From NCBI GenBank assembly GCA_051362555.1, contig CM120643.1:23688848-23752847 (forward strand): a DNA stretch of 64,000 nucleotides. The letters run 5' to 3'. A program made the translations under genes and the position numbers. Of this stretch, positions 62,601-64,000 are shown one piece after another (within the stretch, counting starts at the first letter, position 1; each line of letters begins with the position of its first letter). The notes under the pieces were generated by a model. The model made no database searches and was not told the DNA's origin. It saw only the letters and a list, made by a program, of their open reading frames with translations. This DNA comes from Lingula anatina. Taxonomy: Eukaryota > Animalia > Brachiopoda.

Positions 62601-63418
62601 GCACTTCAACTTATGTGATAAATGCCCTAGCCCAGTTTCCTGCTTCTATTTTATACAAATTATTCCCCATCTGTCTTCTTAATCTATTTACTTGTGTTTT
62701 GATATTCAGTTTGCAGGAATGCCTCCTTCCCAATTCTTTCCACAGCAACCTGGTGTCAATGGTTCAGCCAAGCCAGGCCCAACCATTAACACCTACAGTT
62801 TCCCAGATGCTTCAGGTAGCATGACAGGCCTTGTACACCACCATTGTAAGTATAAAAAGTGGGAATGATGATAAACAAAATCATTGTACTGCTTGAAGTT
62901 TATTGAAAAATGATGTTCAGATTAACATATAGTAAAGCCTATGAAATGGTAAAAATGTACCTTCTGTTTTTTTTGTTTTTTTTTTTTTTCTAATTTGGGT
63001 AAGCAGTCAAGTCAACATTCCTGTGTTCACTTCTGGATTTTTTCAAAATGATCATCAAGTATTGATTTTAATACCACGCAATCAGATTAGATCAGTGCTC
63101 AAACTAACAAATTGCCAGACACAATATTTGCAGTTTTCTTCTCCGAGTCATTTTCAGAAACCCAGTACTGGTACCCAGTTTATTGAATGACTTATTATAA
63201 TATATTATGAAGTTGGCTGGCTTATTCATAATTGAATAATGAGGATTGCTGTATTTTAGCTTCAGGTGGCACAACTACCATGATGAATATGCAAGGGCTG
63301 GATGGAGTACAGATAGGAGATAAGAATGTGATGTATGTGGGGGCCAGGCCACCAGGGGGCAGCACTGGAGCCAAAGGGAACCCTGGATCAAGAGTGGTTA
63401 CCAAGAAAAAAATTACAA
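10684..63418 (+). CDS. RIPK1: RIPK1-like receptor-interacting Ser/Thr kinase with RHIM; 13 exons in the window, 3' end beyond it
   Basis: Exons 10684-10704, 11816-11985, 14410-14707, 15185-15380, 15744-15887, 18343-18443, 58924-59043, 59334-59497, 59855-59980, 60720-60809, 61857-62079, 62710-62845, 63260-63418 are in consistent phase. Motifs: IGTGGFGKVYHAHHKDWGEVAVK, HLDLKGQN, DFG, GTATHVPPE, KFDVYAFGI, GQRP, and RHIM GVQIGDKNVM. RIPK1 versus RIPK3 orthology cannot be settled without the C-terminus. Confidence 0.8.
10823..10996. mobile_element. 174-bp MITE with inverted 16-bp subterminal repeats and 8-bp TSD
   Basis: GGGG...CCCC ends; GTCCGAAGGTTCATTG repeats inverted at the right end; AATATACA at 10815-10822 and 10997-11004. 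Confidence 0.8.
11816..11985 (+). CDS. RIPK exon 2 (kinase subdomains I-II)
   Basis: tacag|CAG (NAGNAG); GTGGFG, VAVK; GAAAG|gtgagt. Confidence 0.92.
12541..14240 (+). mobile_element. HINE family A, complete 1.7-kb copy in RIPK intron 2
   Basis: 5' palindrome ATGTACAGACACA-GA-TGTGTCTGTACAT, microsatellite, 161-bp repeats, 3' subTIR plus hairpin; T-rich target without TSD. Confidence 0.85.
14410..14707 (+). CDS. RIPK exon 3 (subdomains III-VIb)
   Basis: ttttag|G; HENIVRLIGV, HLDLKGQNVL; AAA|gtatgt. Confidence 0.95.
15185..15380 (+). CDS. RIPK exon 4 (DFG to subdomain IX)
   Basis: ttcag|CTG; LCDFGLAQW...DVYAFGIVVWEIL; AAAG|gtaata. Confidence 0.95.
15744..15887 (+). CDS. RIPK exon 5 (subdomains X-XI)
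   Basis: ttacag|AT; GQRPD...WSQDPNMRPTFS; CAG|gtagca. Confidence 0.93.
16007..18044. mobile_element. Kolobok/T2-like MITE (TTAA TSD, 15-bp TIR AGGGATAATAACTCT) interrupted by a HINE-A copy
   Basis: TTAA at 16003-16006 and 18045-18048; perfect TIRs; uninterrupted counterpart at 2720-3035. Confidence 0.8.
16143..17849 (+). mobile_element. HINE family A copy nested in the MITE
   Basis: Both family-A ends present; flanks rejoin to the MITE sequence seen at 2821-2860. Confidence 0.85.
18343..18443 (+). CDS. RIPK exon 6 (kinase C-tail)
   Basis: ttttag|AT; DLKGRVDPIMQRYK; GTA|gtgagt; phase matches neighbours. Confidence 0.8.
23507..23561. repeat. (TA)n microsatellite
   Basis: Direct reading. Confidence 0.95.
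23609..23844 (+). mobile_element. Short HINE family C passenger (also 38179-38398, 47722-47958)
   Basis: TTTACCTC..GCCAAGGAGGTTAT ... CCTTGGCAGAGGT, hairpin GCACTCTCAAAGTGC, CTAGTT end; empty sites at ~24820 and ~57960. Confidence 0.72.
26321..29872 (+). mobile_element. Nested HINE-A copy (3.55 kb)
   Basis: Flanks rejoin to ATGCTGTTTTT|TCACTTTTT. Confidence 0.82.
29309..29378. repeat. (TA)n microsatellite
   Basis: Direct reading. Confidence 0.95.
30239..34590 (+). mobile_element. Nested HINE-A copy
   Basis: Flanks rejoin to ATACTGATTTTT|CACTTTTTTCAGC. Confidence 0.8.
31860..34191 (+). mobile_element. Innermost HINE-A copy of this branch
   Basis: Flanks rejoin to AAAATTTAATTTTT|CACATATTGGC. 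Confidence 0.82.
40180..42201 (+). mobile_element. Composite HINE-A with two left ends (40180, 41429) and one right end
   Basis: Outer flanks rejoin to ATGCTGTTTTT|TCACTTTTTTCAGC. Confidence 0.68.
44717..47352 (+). mobile_element. HINE family B (2.6 kb) inserted in HINE-A
   Basis: 5' palindrome TGTACCACCAGCG-TTAG-CGCTGGCGGTACA, CCGGCTCCG microsatellite, ~146-bp tandem repeats, 3' subTIR GCTGGTGGTACAAT, hairpin GAGGCG-GTAT-CGCCTC, CTAGTT end; empty site GTATTATT|GCATCAGG at ~23205. Confidence 0.85.
45720..47140 (+). repeat. ~146-bp tandem repeats within a ~880-bp block duplication inside HINE-B
   Basis: CCAAA(A/C)CTGGCAGAGATAGG at 45720, 45866, 46011, 46157; block 45426-46307 is repeated from 46308. 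Confidence 0.8.
50918..52803. mobile_element. Non-autonomous TA-target (Tc1/mariner-superfamily-like) DNA transposon, 1.9 kb
   Basis: 24-bp imperfect TIR CGGTAATGTGCCAAGCATTTCGAC / GTCGAATTGTTTGGCATATTACCG; TA duplicated; empty site GCAGAACTAATGAAT at ~27815. Confidence 0.85.
54262..56278. mobile_element. Non-autonomous TIR DNA transposon, 2.0 kb, superfamily unclear
   Basis: 21-bp TIR CAGTCA(T/G)ATGGCAACTGGCTG; TGTA duplicated; empty site TGTGTGTAATTTTCAC at ~29403. Confidence 0.85.
58924..59043 (+). CDS. RIPK exon 7 (intermediate domain)
   Basis: tttcag|GCA...CAG|gtaata; 120 nt, open, phase 0. Confidence 0.75.
59334..59497 (+). CDS. RIPK exon 8 (intermediate domain)
   Basis: aacag|CAG...GACAG|gttagg; ELEEDLGDLSLQEDG. 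Confidence 0.75.
59556..59662. repeat. Compound (CT)n-(GT)n-(GA)n microsatellite
   Basis: Direct reading. Confidence 0.9.
59855..59980 (+). CDS. RIPK exon 9
   Basis: ctgtag|C...GG|gtaagt; phase 2-2. Confidence 0.7.
60720..60809 (+). CDS. RIPK exon 10
   Basis: atttag|A...TT|gtaagt; phase 2-2, open. Confidence 0.65.
60840..61069. mobile_element. PIF/Harbinger-like MITE
   Basis: Imperfect TIR CATTCCCATAGATTTTAGATCGATC / GATCGATCTAAATCTTTGGGAATG; TTA on both sides. Confidence 0.65.
61093..61226. mobile_element. Short degenerate MITE with CAGGCCCAT...ATGGGCCTG ends (related pieces ~10265-10410, ~12073-12120)
   Basis: Short TIRs and shared G-run/GGACC motifs; no clear TSD. Confidence 0.4.
61857..62079 (+). 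CDS. RIPK exon 11
   Basis: ttttag|A...GCG|gtaaga; open reading frame. Confidence 0.75.
62710..62845 (+). CDS. RIPK exon 12
   Basis: attcag|TTT...CATT|gtaagt; P/Q-rich, phase 0-1. Confidence 0.68.
63260..63418 (+). CDS. RIPK exon 13 (RHIM)
   Basis: ttttag|CT...ACAA|gtaaga; MMNMQGLDGVQIGDKNVMYVG. Confidence 0.85.
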
Positions 63419-63542
63419 GTAAGAACTTTATGATTTACATATATGTGTTGTTAGGTCTTTATAAATAAGACAGTTGCAGTAGCATGAAACTTGTCAAAGT
63501 CAGAATGCTGATATCCTGCATATTCCCATATCCCCCTACCAA

Positions 63543-63592
<50 letters not shown>
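63543..63592. repeat. (AAT)n microsatellite
   Basis: Direct reading. Confidence 0.95.
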
Positions 63593-64000
63593 GTGAAAAT
63601 TTATAGAATGGACTTTTTGGATTAAAAAATGAAATATATGTCGGTGATGAGACAACTATAAGTGTTATCTATAAAAAAACATCAATCACTTTTAACCCTG
63701 ATCATTATATTAATTTTTATAGTTAGGGCAGACAATTTTTACAATTTGGTTAAAGAGCTTTTCTAAAATTTATGTCAGTCCAACAATGTGTTATATAATA
63801 TTTTCAAAAAGAAAAAAAAATGGCACACTGTCATCATGTTCTCTAAGCACTGCCTTTTCTGGTCCATTGAATAGAGTTTTGACTAACACAAACTATGCTG
63901 ACTTCATTTTAATGAACACTGAATACACTAAATATGTAGTCCAGTTTAACACACACACACACACGCACGCACGCGCACACACACCCACCCCGTCTCAACA

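Overview
AT-rich, intron-containing animal genomic DNA, probably a marine invertebrate (taxon cannot be determined from the sequence alone). Two spliced + strand genes lie in tandem. The first is the 3' part of an RNF31/HOIP (LUBAC RBR E3 ligase) gene: 13 exons from 2221 to stop 9313. About 1.4 kb downstream is a RIPK1-like kinase gene (ATG 10684; kinase, intermediate domain, RHIM 'VQIG' at 63307) that runs off the window end. Its 6th intron (18444-58923, ~40.5 kb) is almost entirely a Russian-doll cluster of one non-autonomous Helentron/DINE-1-like (HINE) family: 11 left ends and 11 right ends, all co-oriented and nested at least 5 deep, often at the same site of the element's own 161-bp tandem repeat. 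The cluster also holds a second HINE family, two TIR transposons and passenger elements. Exon boundaries were read by hand from GT/AG signals and frame continuity. No database searches were run.
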